From Thermodesulfobacteriota bacterium (GTDB lineage Bacteria > Desulfobacterota_D > UBA1144 > Nemesobacterales > JAJCZQ01), in the NCBI GenBank assembly GCA_965215275.1, contig OZ244044.1:1568001-1632000 (forward strand): a stretch of DNA of 64,000 bases, written 5' to 3'. Each line of letters opens with the position of its first letter. Position 1 is the stretch's first letter. The notes under the pieces were generated by a model. It saw nothing but the letters and a program-made list of their open reading frames with translations, did no database searches and had not been told where the DNA came from. A program made the translations under genes and the position numbers. This document shows positions 51,891 to 62,299 of the stretch, in pieces.

Positions 51891-53867
51891 ATGTACCTTC
51901 TAGGTATCGACACGGGCGGGACCTTTACCGACTTTGTGCTTTATGACGGAAAAGATTATAAGGTCCATAAGATCTCCTCAACGCCTGATGACCCTTCCAC
52001 GGCTATATGTGACGGGGTTAATTACTTCAATGAAGTTTCGTTTCGGTATCTGACCTTAGTTCATGGGACAACCGTTGCAACGAACACCCTCCTTGAACGA
52101 AAAGGTGCCAGGGTACTGCTGTTGACCACTAAGGGTTTTGAAGACGTTATTGAGATCGGCAGACAGAACCGCGGTAAACTATACGATCTTTTCTGGACGA
52201 AAAAACCTGCCTTAGTACCGAAACGGGACAGGATAGGTATATCCGAAAGGGTTAATTCCAAAGGTATGGTCTTAAAGGAATTAGACGGTGATGAAGTACG
52301 CACGCTTATGCAAAGTTCAAACTTTGAGGAATTTGAAGCGGTTGCCGTCTGCTTTATTAACTCTTACGTTAATCCTGTACATGAGATCAAAGTTCAGAAC
52401 GTTCTAAGTTCCCTGGATATCCCGGTTTCAATATCGTACGAGGTTATACCTGAATTCAGGGAATATGAACGAACTTCAACCACCGTGGTGAATTCATATC
52501 TCATTCCCAAGGTCAGGGGATATATGCATTCCCTGAACAAAAAACTAAAAGGGGCGGGTATTTACGTTATGCAGTCGAACGGAGGCGTTATAACCCCCGA
52601 GCAGGCGGCAAATGAACCGGTAAAGGTAATTGCCTCGGGTCCGGCTGGCGGAGTGGTCGGGGCTTACAAGATCGCCCGTCAGACAGGGATCGATAAGGTA
52701 ATAACTTACGACATGGGGGGAACTTCCACGGACCTTTCCGTGTGTGATGGTGAATTGAAGTTTACAACGGAGACCGTAATTGATGATGTCCCGATAAAGA
52801 TCCCAATGATGGACATTCTTACCATCGGATCGGGTGGAGGGTCAATTGCGTACGCGGATTCCGGAGGGGTATTGAAAGTAGGGCCTGAAAGTGCAGGTGC
52901 AGACCCGGGACCAGCGTGCTATGGAAAGGGAAAATATCCTACGGTAACCGATGCAAACCTTATGCTTGGAAGAATGCAGGCAGAGAATTTTCTGGGTGGC
53001 AGGATGAAGGTCGACCCCAAGCTGTCAGAAAGTTCCATCAAGACCTTAAACAACGGTTTTGGAATTGATCCCCTTAAACTGGCCGAGATGATAATAAAAG
53101 TTGCAAATTCCAACATGGAACGTGCTGTTAAGGTCATTTCGGTCGAGAAAGGATACGACCCCAGGGAGTTCTCGCTCATCAGTTTCGGTGGGGCAGGGGG
53201 ATTACATGCCTGCGAATTGGCAAGGAGCATCGGCCTTAAAAGAGTGATATTTCCGGTTAACCCGGGAGTTCTTTCTGCGCTGGGTATGCTGTTTGCCGAT
53301 TCGTTCAAAGATTACAGTAAAGGGTTTTTTCTGAACTGTAAGGACGCGGACCTCAGCGTACTTGAACTCCAGTATGGTGAACTGGAGCAGAAAGCGGTCA
53401 GGGATATTCAAGGCGTGGAACAAAACGCTTCATGTTCAAAGGAAGATACAGAGTTTTTAAGGTCAATGGACGTCCGATATAAAAGACAGTCACATGAGCT
53501 GACAATTCCGTACAGCCGTGACTTCATAGATGATTTTCATAAAAAGCATCTCAAAAGGTACGGTTTTAACGGCGTTGATAACGCTGTTGAAATAGTGGCG
53601 TTAAGGGTCCGTGCCGTGATCAGCCGTTCCGTGTTCGAGCTGCCTGAGCTGAAAACAAAAAGATCGGAAATTACAGGAACTGGTTCTCTGGTCTATATAA
53701 ATGGTGAATGGACCGATATAGTTCGTTATGACAGGAGCCGGTTTTATAACGGCTTTGTTTTTAAAGGGCCTTCGATCATTAACGAGGATACGTCAACTAT
53801 TTTCATACCTGAAGGTTTCAGATGCGTTGTGGACCGGTTTGGAAATATAGTTTCAGAAGGGTGTTGA
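51891..53867 (+). CDS. Hydantoinase/oxoprolinase subunit A
   Basis: IDTGGTFTD, HGTTVATN, SGPAGG, DMGGTSTD, GPESAGADPGPACYG. Confidence 0.92.
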   Translation: MYLLGIDTGGTFTDFVLYDGKDYKVHKISSTPDDPSTAICDGVNYFNEVSFRYLTLVHGTTVATNTLLERKGARVLLLTTKGFEDVIEIGRQNRGKLYDLFWTKKPALVPKRDRIGISERVNSKGMVLKELDGDEVRTLMQSSNFEEFEAVAVCFINSYVNPVHEIKVQNVLSSLDIPVSISYEVIPEFREYERTSTTVVNSYLIPKVRGYMHSLNKKLKGAGIYVMQSNGGVITPEQAANEPVKVIASGPAGGVVGAYKIARQTGIDKVITYDMGGTSTDLSVCDGELKFTTETVIDDVPIKIPMMDILTIGSGGGSIAYADSGGVLKVGPESAGADPGPACYGKGKYPTVTDANLMLGRMQAENFLGGRMKVDPKLSESSIKTLNNGFGIDPLKLAEMIIKVANSNMERAVKVISVEKGYDPREFSLISFGGAGGLHACELARSIGLKRVIFPVNPGVLSALGMLFADSFKDYSKGFFLNCKDADLSVLELQYGELEQKAVRDIQGVEQNASCSKEDTEFLRSMDVRYKRQSHELTIPYSRDFIDDFHKKHLKRYGFNGVDNAVEIVALRVRAVISRSVFELPELKTKRSEITGTGSLVYINGEWTDIVRYDRSRFYNGFVFKGPSIINEDTSTIFIPEGFRCVVDRFGNIVSEGC

Positions 53868-53878
53868 GGTTTACCATA

Positions 53879-55186
53879 ATGTCCAAAAATATCATTATAG
53901 GTGGTGGTGTGACGGGGCTTGCCGCGGGTCTGACCTCAGACGTTAAGATATATGAAGCAAAACAGGTTCCCGGAGGTATCTGCTCGTCGTATTATATCCG
54001 TCCCGGTGATAAGCGACCTGAGGCTGCACAACCTGAAGATCAAGAAGCCTACAGGTTCGAGTTAGGTGGTGGACACTGGATCTTTGGTGGAAAGCCCAAA
54101 GTATTGGATTTTATAAGATCACTGACCCCGGTAAAAGAATATACAAGAAAGTCCTCGGTTTACTTCCCGGATACGGAGTTGTATGTTCCGTATCCAATTC
54201 AGAACAATTTGAGATACTTAGGTAAAGACGTGGCAGACAGGGTGTTAGCGGAGATCAGGAACTCTACTGATATGATACCAGACACTATGGAGCAGTGGCT
54301 TGAAAAAAGCTTCGGAAAGACACTTGTAAAGATGTTCTTTGGTCCGTTCCATGAGCTGTATACCGCGGGGCTCTGGACAAGGATCGCACCCCAGGACGCT
54401 TATAAATCTCCCGTGAACGTTGAAGCGGTTAAAAAAGGTGCTTATGGAGACAGGACGGACGCTGTGGGTTACAACGTTAAGTATCTGTACCCTTCAGAGG
54501 GACTTGATGTCCTTGCAGGTAAAATGGCGGGAAGATGTAATATCTCATACGACAAGAAGGTTGAGGAAATAAATCTGGATAAAAAAGAAGTACTTTTTTC
54601 AGATGGGTCAGGAGACAGATACGATAGACTTTTATCAACTCTGCCGCTGAACAAGGCACTGGACTGTTCAGGTCTTACCGTTGATGAATACCGTGATGAC
54701 TACACCTCCGTCCTGGTCCTTAATATCGGTGCTACAAGAGGTGACAGATGTCCTGATGATCACTGGATATACGTGCCTGACAGCAGGTCCAAGTTCCATA
54801 GAGTTGGTTTTTACAGTAACGTTGACAGTTCTTTCCTGCCATTATCGTCCAGAAAGGATATGGACAGGGTCAGTATTTATGTTGAAAGGGCATTTCCAAA
54901 CGGCAGGAAGCCCTCTGACAGTGAGATAAGTTCTTATTCCGGATCAGTAGTTGATGAGTTAAAGGACTGGAAGTTCATTGATGAAGCTGAGACCGTTCAT
55001 CCAACCTGGATAGAGGTTGCCTATACCTGGTCAAAGCCGGGTTCAAGCTGGAGAATGAAAGCATTGAACCTTCTTGCGAAGCAGAACGTCGTTCAGGCAG
55101 GCAGATACGGCAGGTGGAAGTTTCAGGGGATCGCGGAGTCCCTGGAAGATGGTTTTATGGCCGGTAATGATCATCTCTTGTCATGA
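53879..55186 (+). CDS. FAD-dependent oxidoreductase (protoporphyrinogen oxidase / UDP-galactopyranose mutase-like)
   Basis: IIGGGVTGL, GGHW, GRYGRWKF; likely ATG at 53879. Confidence 0.8.
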   Translation: MSKNIIIGGGVTGLAAGLTSDVKIYEAKQVPGGICSSYYIRPGDKRPEAAQPEDQEAYRFELGGGHWIFGGKPKVLDFIRSLTPVKEYTRKSSVYFPDTELYVPYPIQNNLRYLGKDVADRVLAEIRNSTDMIPDTMEQWLEKSFGKTLVKMFFGPFHELYTAGLWTRIAPQDAYKSPVNVEAVKKGAYGDRTDAVGYNVKYLYPSEGLDVLAGKMAGRCNISYDKKVEEINLDKKEVLFSDGSGDRYDRLLSTLPLNKALDCSGLTVDEYRDDYTSVLVLNIGATRGDRCPDDHWIYVPDSRSKFHRVGFYSNVDSSFLPLSSRKDMDRVSIYVERAFPNGRKPSDSEISSYSGSVVDELKDWKFIDEAETVHPTWIEVAYTWSKPGSSWRMKALNLLAKQNVVQAGRYGRWKFQGIAESLEDGFMAGNDHLLS

Positions 55187-55201
55187 AGTACTCAAGGCTG
55201 A

Positions 55202-56272
55202 TCAGCAAGCTATTATTTCCATCATTCGTTCAACCCTGTTCTTTAAGCTGTGGTCTTTCTTTATTCTTTTATATGAAGCCATGGCTATCTCTTCTCTTTC
55301 TTTTTCGTTCTTTAGGTAGTATTGCACTTTATCTCTCAGTTCTTTTTTATCTTTAAAAGTTATGATCTCTTCTCCTATCCTGAAATAATCCCCTATACTT
55401 TTTTTATCGTCCACGATCTGGAACGTTTTTGACGCGGGGATCTCAAAGAGTCGGTAATTCCCCCCGCTGACCTCAAATTCCCGATGGATATTGACCCCTA
55501 TTTTAGCTGACTTCATCACTTTTATCAGATCGTCACCATATACCACGCCTCTGTAGTTTGATCCAAGGGGCGTTTGATGATCACTGAAGTTCCAGCTCCA
55601 TATACCCAGTCCCAGGTCGGAGATATGTTCTAAAAAATTTTTTCTCCTTTCATCGTACATTCCCGAGAAACAGATATTGACCTTGTTGTCTTTAATAAAG
55701 TCACTGTCAGGATTAATTGAGTCATAGTAGGAAACGCTGCATCCAAGTGGTAATGTCTGCGTGTTTGTGATATTAAGTTCCTCTTCGTAGTATTTAACGT
55801 ATGATCTGTCATAAATAAAAGTGTGGTCGCAGTTTTTGAGTATTTTGTGTACGCCAGGCGACACTTTTGACGGATGTAATCCGAGCCATGTCACCACTTT
55901 TATCCCTTCTTTTTTAAGGTTTTTTATTAAACTTGATAAGTTATAGGTATTTATAAGATATATGAACAGTACGTCGGGGTTGAAGTCCTTTACCTCTTCT
56001 GAGATCTGCTGTGACAGATACAGATCATTTGGGTAATCAGCGATGAACCCGAAGTGTTTTCTGAATGTAAGATACTCTTCACTAAAGCTGTTTCTTATCG
56101 TCCTGTCTTTTCTTAAATGGTCTAACAGGACTGGCATCTTTGTATCGGTGGTTTGCAGTACCTTTACTTCATGTCCCAGACCTGCTGCCTCCCGGGACAG
56201 ATGAACCATATATGTACTTATAAAGAACGTTGTATCGTCAAACGTGATGGGAGCCGCGAAAAGAATTTTCAT
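55202..56272 (-). CDS. CgeB-like GT-B glycosyltransferase
   Basis: NYRLFEIPA, YFRIGEEI, YYLKNEKEREEIA, HSLKNR. Confidence 0.8.
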   Translation of the reverse strand: MKILFAAPITFDDTTFFISTYMVHLSREAAGLGHEVKVLQTTDTKMPVLLDHLRKDRTIRNSFSEEYLTFRKHFGFIADYPNDLYLSQQISEEVKDFNPDVLFIYLINTYNLSSLIKNLKKEGIKVVTWLGLHPSKVSPGVHKILKNCDHTFIYDRSYVKYYEEELNITNTQTLPLGCSVSYYDSINPDSDFIKDNKVNICFSGMYDERRKNFLEHISDLGLGIWSWNFSDHQTPLGSNYRGVVYGDDLIKVMKSAKIGVNIHREFEVSGGNYRLFEIPASKTFQIVDDKKSIGDYFRIGEEIITFKDKKELRDKVQYYLKNEKEREEIAMASYKRIKKDHSLKNRVERMMEIIAC

Positions 56273-56457
56273 TAATTAACGTTGATCTCTTTCAGCTTTT
56301 TTTTTGTAAACAGGAAATACAGTCTTTCAAAAGCAACTAACAGATGGATGGTTATAAAAAAAGAGAGTGATAAGATGAACTTAAAACCATGTATGTATTT
56401 ATTTTTAGTGCTGCGACCTGAACGGTTCATATCCTTCATTATATGAATAGCAGACAA
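56272..56457 (-). pseudogene. Probable 3' remnant of a polysaccharide-locus gene
   Basis: Short ORF coupled to the CgeB-like gene and cut upstream by the element remnant. Confidence 0.4.
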
Positions 56458-56474
56458 GATCTTTTATAATATTA

Positions 56475-56636
56475 GGGAATAATATACTTTAGTAAACAAA
56501 AGACAAGCAAATAGCTTTGATAATACTGTAAAATTGGGGAATTATATATAAATATGAGAAACTGATAAAATGGGGTTTGTCAGAAAAAAAGGTTTAAGAC
56601 GTATTTCTACCCACACTGGAAGTCTGGGATTTCTTA
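56475..56636 (+). mobile_element. Decayed, internally deleted left-end copy of element E2
   Basis: Close match to 50044-50119 joined to the tnpB segment at about 50276-50360; no right TIR. Confidence 0.85.
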
Positions 56637-56686
56637 CCATATAGCTGTTAAGGTTAAAATTCTCATTGCAATGCTTTGATAATTAA

Positions 56687-56816
56687 GGGAATTATAAAGG
56701 AAAGTTGACAAACTTACCCATACTGTTCTGAGTGCAGAGTTCCTCTATCCCTGTTCTCTTTTGATCTGATACTCTTAGCACTCATCGGGAGTATTTCTAC
56801 CTTATTCCCACCCGAT
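56687..56816 (-). ncRNA. Predicted omegaRNA scaffold of E3
   Basis: GTA-GAAA-TAC and TGAGTGC/GCACTCA compensatory variants of the E1/E2 stems. Confidence 0.6.
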
Positions 56817-57937
56817 ATGAAGTCTCCTTCATTAAGAGTATTGATATTTTTACCTGCATTTATATCCCTGTTTTCTGAATAACCGCAATATATACAGTTA
56901 AATACTCTTTCAGACAGAGGCAGTTTTGGATTTATCTTTCCGCATTCAGAACAGGCTCTTGTTGTATAATGAGCTTTAACTAAAACCAGCTTGCCTCCAG
57001 CTATCTCGGCTTTGTAGTCAAGTTGATGTTTGATCTTACCCCATTGCTGTTCTGTTATGGATTTAGCAAGATGATGGTTCTTTACCATTCCTTGTATATT
57101 CAAATCCTCTAATTTTATATGATTACACTTCTTTACTATATTGGTAGTCATTCTGTGTATAGCGTTATTTTCACGATCGGTAGTTCGTTCCCATTCCTTT
57201 GCTAACAATAAAACTTTCTTCTTTCTGCTGTCAGAACCTTTTACCGCTCTTGAAACAATTCTCTGCTTTCTTTTCAGTTCCTTCCTGTCTATCCTGATAC
57301 CGGGAACTTTAGTTCCATCTGAAAAAGCTAATCTGTTTGTTATTCCAAGATCTATCCCTATGGAATTATCCAAAGGTCTCTTCTTCTCATTTGTAAACTC
57401 ACACAGAAACTGGAGCTTAATTCTTAACGAACTCCTGATTATTCTTATTATTGTTTTAGGTTGCTTTAATACAACTCCGTCAGGTATAGAACCTTTGAAG
57501 GATAATCTGCCTATTCCCTTAACAGTTAAATATGTTCTTCTGCCTATCTTCTCAATGTTTTTATAATTGTTTGTTTCAAAACTCCTTACAGGTCTGTTTG
57601 GACCTTTATATTTAGGTCTGCCAACCTTCCTTACCTTCTTGCCTGCTTTCTTGTTCCTTAAATAGTTCAAATACGGTCTATATGCATTATCCAGTCTTTC
57701 CAGAACGCTTCTTTGAGCTGTAACATTAAACTTTTCAAATTCCTTGTCTTGCTCTCGGACCTCAGTTAGTTCGTTAAACTGTTCGTATTTAGAGATAGTT
57801 CTTCCATACCAATCCCAGGATTTTAACCTATGGTACAAGGCACTGTTATACAGATCGGTAAGCTGATTTAAGAATTTATCCAGCCTTTTATGAAAACCAC
57901 TATCTGCCTTTACAGTTCTTGTAATCGTTCTAACCAT
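56714..57937 (-). CDS. tnpB: RNA-guided endonuclease TnpB (407 aa)
   Basis: GIDLG, LEDLN, NRDINAG; CSEC...CIYC. Confidence 0.94.
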   Translation of the reverse strand: MVRTITRTVKADSGFHKRLDKFLNQLTDLYNSALYHRLKSWDWYGRTISKYEQFNELTEVREQDKEFEKFNVTAQRSVLERLDNAYRPYLNYLRNKKAGKKVRKVGRPKYKGPNRPVRSFETNNYKNIEKIGRRTYLTVKGIGRLSFKGSIPDGVVLKQPKTIIRIIRSSLRIKLQFLCEFTNEKKRPLDNSIGIDLGITNRLAFSDGTKVPGIRIDRKELKRKQRIVSRAVKGSDSRKKKVLLLAKEWERTTDRENNAIHRMTTNIVKKCNHIKLEDLNIQGMVKNHHLAKSITEQQWGKIKHQLDYKAEIAGGKLVLVKAHYTTRACSECGKINPKLPLSERVFNCIYCGYSENRDINAGKNINTLNEGDFISGGNKVEILPMSAKSIRSKENRDRGTLHSEQYG

Positions 57938-58008
57938 TTAATAACATTACCTTTTTATATTCTGTTTGTCAATTTATTTTTGTCAACTTTTCTTTATAAT
58001 TCCCATAA

Positions 58009-58923
58009 TTAACAGTTTCTGGGTTCAAAACCGAGCAGCAGCCTGAAGCTCTCATACACCCGAACGTAATTAAGTAAAACACGAATAATAACAATTTTTA
58101 ATTTGTTACCGTTTCTTTTGATTTTTGGACTTACATAATTGTGATTTTTTAATGGTTTCCGGATATATGTGACAGGGAGTAAATTCGATAAGGTTAGACG
58201 AAACCAGAATAATGATGAATATCCCCTTTTTTTATAATAAAGATATTCTCCCCCGGTAATCCTTAAATTTTTTCTTATTAAGTCCTTTAAAGTATTATGT
58301 GCAGGATGCTTTACAATCACGTTTCTTCCATAAATGATCTTGGAGCCTGTGATAATAGCCCTGTCTCCCCATTCTCTGTCGCCGCCGCTTCTGAATGAAC
58401 CATCAAAAATTCCAACGTCTGATAGCGTGGATTTAGAGGTAAATAAATTTGCTGTTACAGAAAAATTTAACTTGTTAATAAATCTCTCCTGGTTGAACGC
58501 AAACAGCATTTCATATTGTTCAACTGCGTTCAGATGGTCCTTGTTTTTATATGTTAATTCGATCCTGCCACCAACAACGCCATAGTAGTTGAGTATTTTT
58601 AAATTGTTTACTCCCGTTTCTATCCAGTTCGGGTAGGGTATGCAATCTGAATCAGTGAAGGCAATAATACTTCCTTTTGCTTGTTGTAATCCTTTGTTTC
58701 TGGCGGCATAGGAACCGCTTTTTTGTTCTTTAAGCAGGATTATCTTGTATAATGATTTTAACTTGAGCAGTTTTTTCCAGTGAAATTCGCTTGAATCATT
58801 ATCAACAACTATTACTTCATACAGTCTTTTATCATAACTTTGATCGTTAAGTGACTTTAGGCACAGACCTAATCTGTCAGAGTCGTTCAAATGTGGAATT
58901 ATTACTGAAACAAATTTCTTCAT
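58009..58923 (-). CDS. GT2 glycosyltransferase
   Basis: VSVIIP, VVDNDS, AARNKG, FTDSDC. Confidence 0.9.
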   Translation of the reverse strand: MKKFVSVIIPHLNDSDRLGLCLKSLNDQSYDKRLYEVIVVDNDSSEFHWKKLLKLKSLYKIILLKEQKSGSYAARNKGLQQAKGSIIAFTDSDCIPYPNWIETGVNNLKILNYYGVVGGRIELTYKNKDHLNAVEQYEMLFAFNQERFINKLNFSVTANLFTSKSTLSDVGIFDGSFRSGGDREWGDRAIITGSKIIYGRNVIVKHPAHNTLKDLIRKNLRITGGEYLYYKKRGYSSLFWFRLTLSNLLPVTYIRKPLKNHNYVSPKIKRNGNKLKIVIIRVLLNYVRVYESFRLLLGFEPRNC

Positions 58924-59160
58924 AATGCGTTTTGAATCCCGGTAAATGTATTGCCATTTCGTCTGTTTCTGAGAGTTTGCTGGGAATTAAATACACAAGT
59001 TTAATATCTGATAAAAACCTTTTCATACTTTTGACCGGTCCTGTTATTGCTGTTTGTTACCTTCTGTCTGTTTTATATCACGGCTTGTGTTCAAGTCGTA
59101 AAAAGGATACAAACCCTTATCCATAATAGAAATGCTGCATTGCTGATAACCTTATGGGTT

Positions 59161-59913
59161 TTATGAGCTGATGCTTTGTTGATCTTCCGTTCCTGATTCT
59201 TCCACTCTTTCAATACTGCCCTTATTGATATAATAAACGCGGTCGGTCAACTGTATGAGCCTCTCAAGACTGTGACTGACTATAACAAATGTCTTTTTAT
59301 CGTTTTTCATTATCTGGTCTATCTTTAGCTCGCATTTACTGACAAAATATGCATCACCCACTGCCAATGTTTCATCCAGGAGAAAGATATCTACATCGCT
59401 GTGTATGGCAACTGAAAAACCTAACCTTGCGAGCATACCGGAAGAATATTTTTTCACGGGAGTGTCCAGGAATTTATTTTCCAGTTCCGAAAATCCCAGG
59501 ATCTGTTCTTCAAGGCTTTTTATCTTCTCCACCGACATGCCGAGTATTATACCGTTGATGTAAATGTTCTCTTTTCCTGTCAGGTCGGGATGAAATCCGA
59601 CGCCTAATGAGATTAACGGTGCCACTCTGCCTTTCACCATGACTTCACCCTTGGTTGGGGAGGTAACGTTGGCAAGGAGTTTTATGATCGTTGTTTTTCC
59701 TGAACCGTTTGGCCCGTAGATCCCGATCGATTCTCCCTCTTCAACCCTGATGTTAATATCTTTAAGCGCCCAGAACTCGCTGCTGTCTATCTCCCCTGTT
59801 TTCTTGCTGGAGAAAAGAAGTTCGAGTCTCTCTCGTAACGTGTTATGGTAGCCCTTTCCGATCGTAAATTTCTTCCAGACGTTTTTGATCTCTATGATGG
59901 TGTTAGATGACAT
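59161..59913 (-). CDS. wzt: Polysaccharide ABC exporter ATPase
   Basis: FWALKDI, GPNGSGKTT, YSSGMLARLGF, DETLAVGD. Confidence 0.92.
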   Translation of the reverse strand: MSSNTIIEIKNVWKKFTIGKGYHNTLRERLELLFSSKKTGEIDSSEFWALKDINIRVEEGESIGIYGPNGSGKTTIIKLLANVTSPTKGEVMVKGRVAPLISLGVGFHPDLTGKENIYINGIILGMSVEKIKSLEEQILGFSELENKFLDTPVKKYSSGMLARLGFSVAIHSDVDIFLLDETLAVGDAYFVSKCELKIDQIMKNDKKTFVIVSHSLERLIQLTDRVYYINKGSIERVEESGTEDQQSISS

Positions 59914-60682
59914 CGGCGAACTTTGTTTCTATCTTGGCAAATAGTCTTTGTGCTAAATAAAACAGTATTATTATAAGGAAAAATACTACGATCAACTGCC
60001 ACAGTACGACGTTCCTTCCTTCCAGCATGCACCTTCTCATGTTTTCGATTATAAACGTGAGAGGGTTCAGGAAGAGCAACAATTTTAGTTCTATATTTAT
60101 ACTGTCTATCGAGTAAAGAATAGGAGAACCAAAGAACATGAGTTGCAAGATAAACCTGGTGAGAAGGGCAACGTCCTTGTAATAGACGTTCAGACTGGCA
60201 AGTATTAATGATACTGACAGGGTGAATATAACAAGCACCAGTATTAACGGGATTAACCACAGGATTGTGAAGGTGATCTGGATCTTGAAATACAGCATCA
60301 TTACAAAAAACAGAAGGCTGGCAATGATCATATCGATAAACGCCACCGCAATGCCCGACAGAGGAAAGACCTCTCTGGGGAAATATATACTTGTTATAAG
60401 TTGCTGGTTTGATGAAAGGCTGTTTATGGAATAGTTGACCGATGAGGAAAAAAAGGTCCAGGGAAGCAGTGCACTGTAATAAAATACGGGTCGCGGATAG
60501 TTTCCAATGTCTATAGTTAAGATGAACGTAAAAACGAATGTAAAGACCAGCATCAGGCTCAGCGGTTGAAGCACTGCCCACATGATGCCCAGAAGGCTGT
60601 TTTTGTACCTTATGTTGAACTCCCTCCATGCTAACATGTAAATGAGGTCTTTATAGGGCAACAATCTTGATATAGGGTTCAC
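59903..60682 (-). CDS. wzm: Polysaccharide ABC exporter permease
   Basis: RYKNSLLGIMWAVLQP, IYFPRE, LNPLT, FADVI. Confidence 0.92.
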   Translation of the reverse strand: MNPISRLLPYKDLIYMLAWREFNIRYKNSLLGIMWAVLQPLSLMLVFTFVFTFILTIDIGNYPRPVFYYSALLPWTFFSSSVNYSINSLSSNQQLITSIYFPREVFPLSGIAVAFIDMIIASLLFFVMMLYFKIQITFTILWLIPLILVLVIFTLSVSLILASLNVYYKDVALLTRFILQLMFFGSPILYSIDSINIELKLLLFLNPLTFIIENMRRCMLEGRNVVLWQLIVVFFLIIILFYLAQRLFAKIETKFADVI

Positions 60683-60690
60683 GTTGAGAT

Positions 60691-61593
60691 TTACCTGTAG
60701 TCCACTTTTTTGTTTATTACGCCGTAGAAGATCCCTATCAGGAATCCCATGCTGAACCTGAACTGATTCTTATATTTCTCATTAAACTGTAAAACACCAA
60801 GAGGTAAATACCTGCAGCCGTTCATAAGTAACAAGATCCATATGGCAAAAGGATATTTATCTTTTAATCCGTAGTAGGAAAGCCCTACGGCTGCTGATTT
60901 ATTATAGCTTTGCTGGATTAACGGAGGATGATAATAAACTAATTCCGGACTTTTTACCAGTTTTTTATTTCCTATACTGAGCCTTATCGTAAGTTCCACG
61001 TCTTCCTGCCCGATTATCTTTGAATTAAATCCTTTTAGTTCGATCAGGGTTTTTCTCGAATACGCCATACATTTATTGGCGGGGAAGAAAAGATCATGAA
61101 ACTGGTATTTACTCCTGCTGAGACAAAAGCTGGGACGGCCCATTGGAATTACTCCATCTGGCTTTTTTTGTTCAAACGTTTCAAGCAGCAGGGTCAGGAA
61201 GTTACTTTGCAGAATTACCGTGTCATCGTCCAAAAAAAGTATGTATTTTCCCCTGGAAGAAAGTATTCCTGCGTTTCTGGAGTAACCCATAATTCCGAAA
61301 TTTTTCTTTAAAGGCATGTAGGTTATGTTCAGGCAGTCGGAAAATTCCTTTGCCGTCTCACTTCCTTCGGATGTTCCGTTCCTGTCTTCTACCAGCAGGA
61401 CTTCGAACCTGCTCTTGTTAATATCCTGTTCTTTCAGGCAGGACAGGATGTTCCTCAGGGACCCGGTCCTTCCATAGAAGTTAATTACGCAGGATATATC
61501 GCAGGTTACCCGTTCATCGATCGCTGCGTCTCCATGGACGGGTATGGGGAACGGTTTATTGAGAAGAGTTAGAATTTTGGATCTGAATCCCAT
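60691..61593 (-). CDS. GT2 glycosyltransferase
   Basis: SRNAGI, LFLDDD, GQEDVEL. Confidence 0.85.
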   Translation of the reverse strand: MGFRSKILTLLNKPFPIPVHGDAAIDERVTCDISCVINFYGRTGSLRNILSCLKEQDINKSRFEVLLVEDRNGTSEGSETAKEFSDCLNITYMPLKKNFGIMGYSRNAGILSSRGKYILFLDDDTVILQSNFLTLLLETFEQKKPDGVIPMGRPSFCLSRSKYQFHDLFFPANKCMAYSRKTLIELKGFNSKIIGQEDVELTIRLSIGNKKLVKSPELVYYHPPLIQQSYNKSAAVGLSYYGLKDKYPFAIWILLLMNGCRYLPLGVLQFNEKYKNQFRFSMGFLIGIFYGVINKKVDYR

Positions 61594-61671
61594 AAAATTT
61601 TTCAGCTTTATGATTTTTTAAATATAATTCAGGTAGTTTCACAATATTGAAAGAAATGGTTTACATCTGCC

Positions 61672-62250
61672 TTGAATAAAGATCTGCTTTACGACCTGGA
61701 GAGGTATTATAGATCCAAAGTTCCCAAAAGGGAAATAGGTAAGAGGGATTATGTCCATGCATCTGTTGCTGTGATTTTAAACAGGGACCTGGATATTCTG
61801 TTCATTAAAAGAACTGAAAGATCTGATGACCCTTACTCGGGACACGTGGCTTTCCCGGGCGGCAAAAAGAAAGAAGAGGAGGATATAAAGTTCACTGCCG
61901 TCAGGGAGGTTAACGAAGAGGTTGGGATTGATCTTGAACGTGATGCAAGGGTCATTGGTGAAATGGACTCCATACATCCGCTGAACCCGCAAGGTCCCAG
62001 ATATATCGTCACACCGTTTGTCGCAGTTCTGGAAAGGGCAAAGGACCCTGTTATAAGTGAAGAAGTCGACCGGTGTATATGGATCCCGTTATTTCATTTT
62101 TTTAACGCCGATAACATGAGACTCAGGATCAAAGAGAGAAACGGTGTTCGCACAGAGGATTTTGTGTATAGATACGGAGAATTTATTATTTGGGGAATGA
62201 CGGGGAAGATAGTAAACTTGTTTGTAAACAACGTTTCTGTTATTCTCTAA
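61672..62250 (+). CDS. Nudix CoA pyrophosphatase-like hydrolase
   Basis: [26 protein letters not shown]. Confidence 0.9.
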   Translation: MNKDLLYDLERYYRSKVPKREIGKRDYVHASVAVILNRDLDILFIKRTERSDDPYSGHVAFPGGKKKEEEDIKFTAVREVNEEVGIDLERDARVIGEMDSIHPLNPQGPRYIVTPFVAVLERAKDPVISEEVDRCIWIPLFHFFNADNMRLRIKERNGVRTEDFVYRYGEFIIWGMTGKIVNLFVNNVSVIL

Positions 62251-62299
62251 TGCCAGTAAATCAGACTTCCATAACGGAGATTTTGCACGGGAGATAAAA

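Larger units (their letters stand above)
56687..58004 (-). mobile_element. TIR-bounded TnpB-only element E3
   Basis: 26-bp TIRs at 56687-56712 and 57979-58004 (1 mismatch); perfect TSD ATAATTAA at 56679-56686 and 58005-58012. Confidence 0.92.

Noticed and set aside
48480..58004. Ordinary IS200/IS605 (IS1341-like) or IS607 elements
   Set aside because: No tnpA is present, and the paired TIRs with 8-bp TSDs are not produced by Y1 or serine-recombinase transposition.
58982..59003. GGGAATTAAATACACAAGTTTA as a degenerate TIR
   Set aside because: The match is partial, lies in AT-rich DNA and has no partner or TSD.
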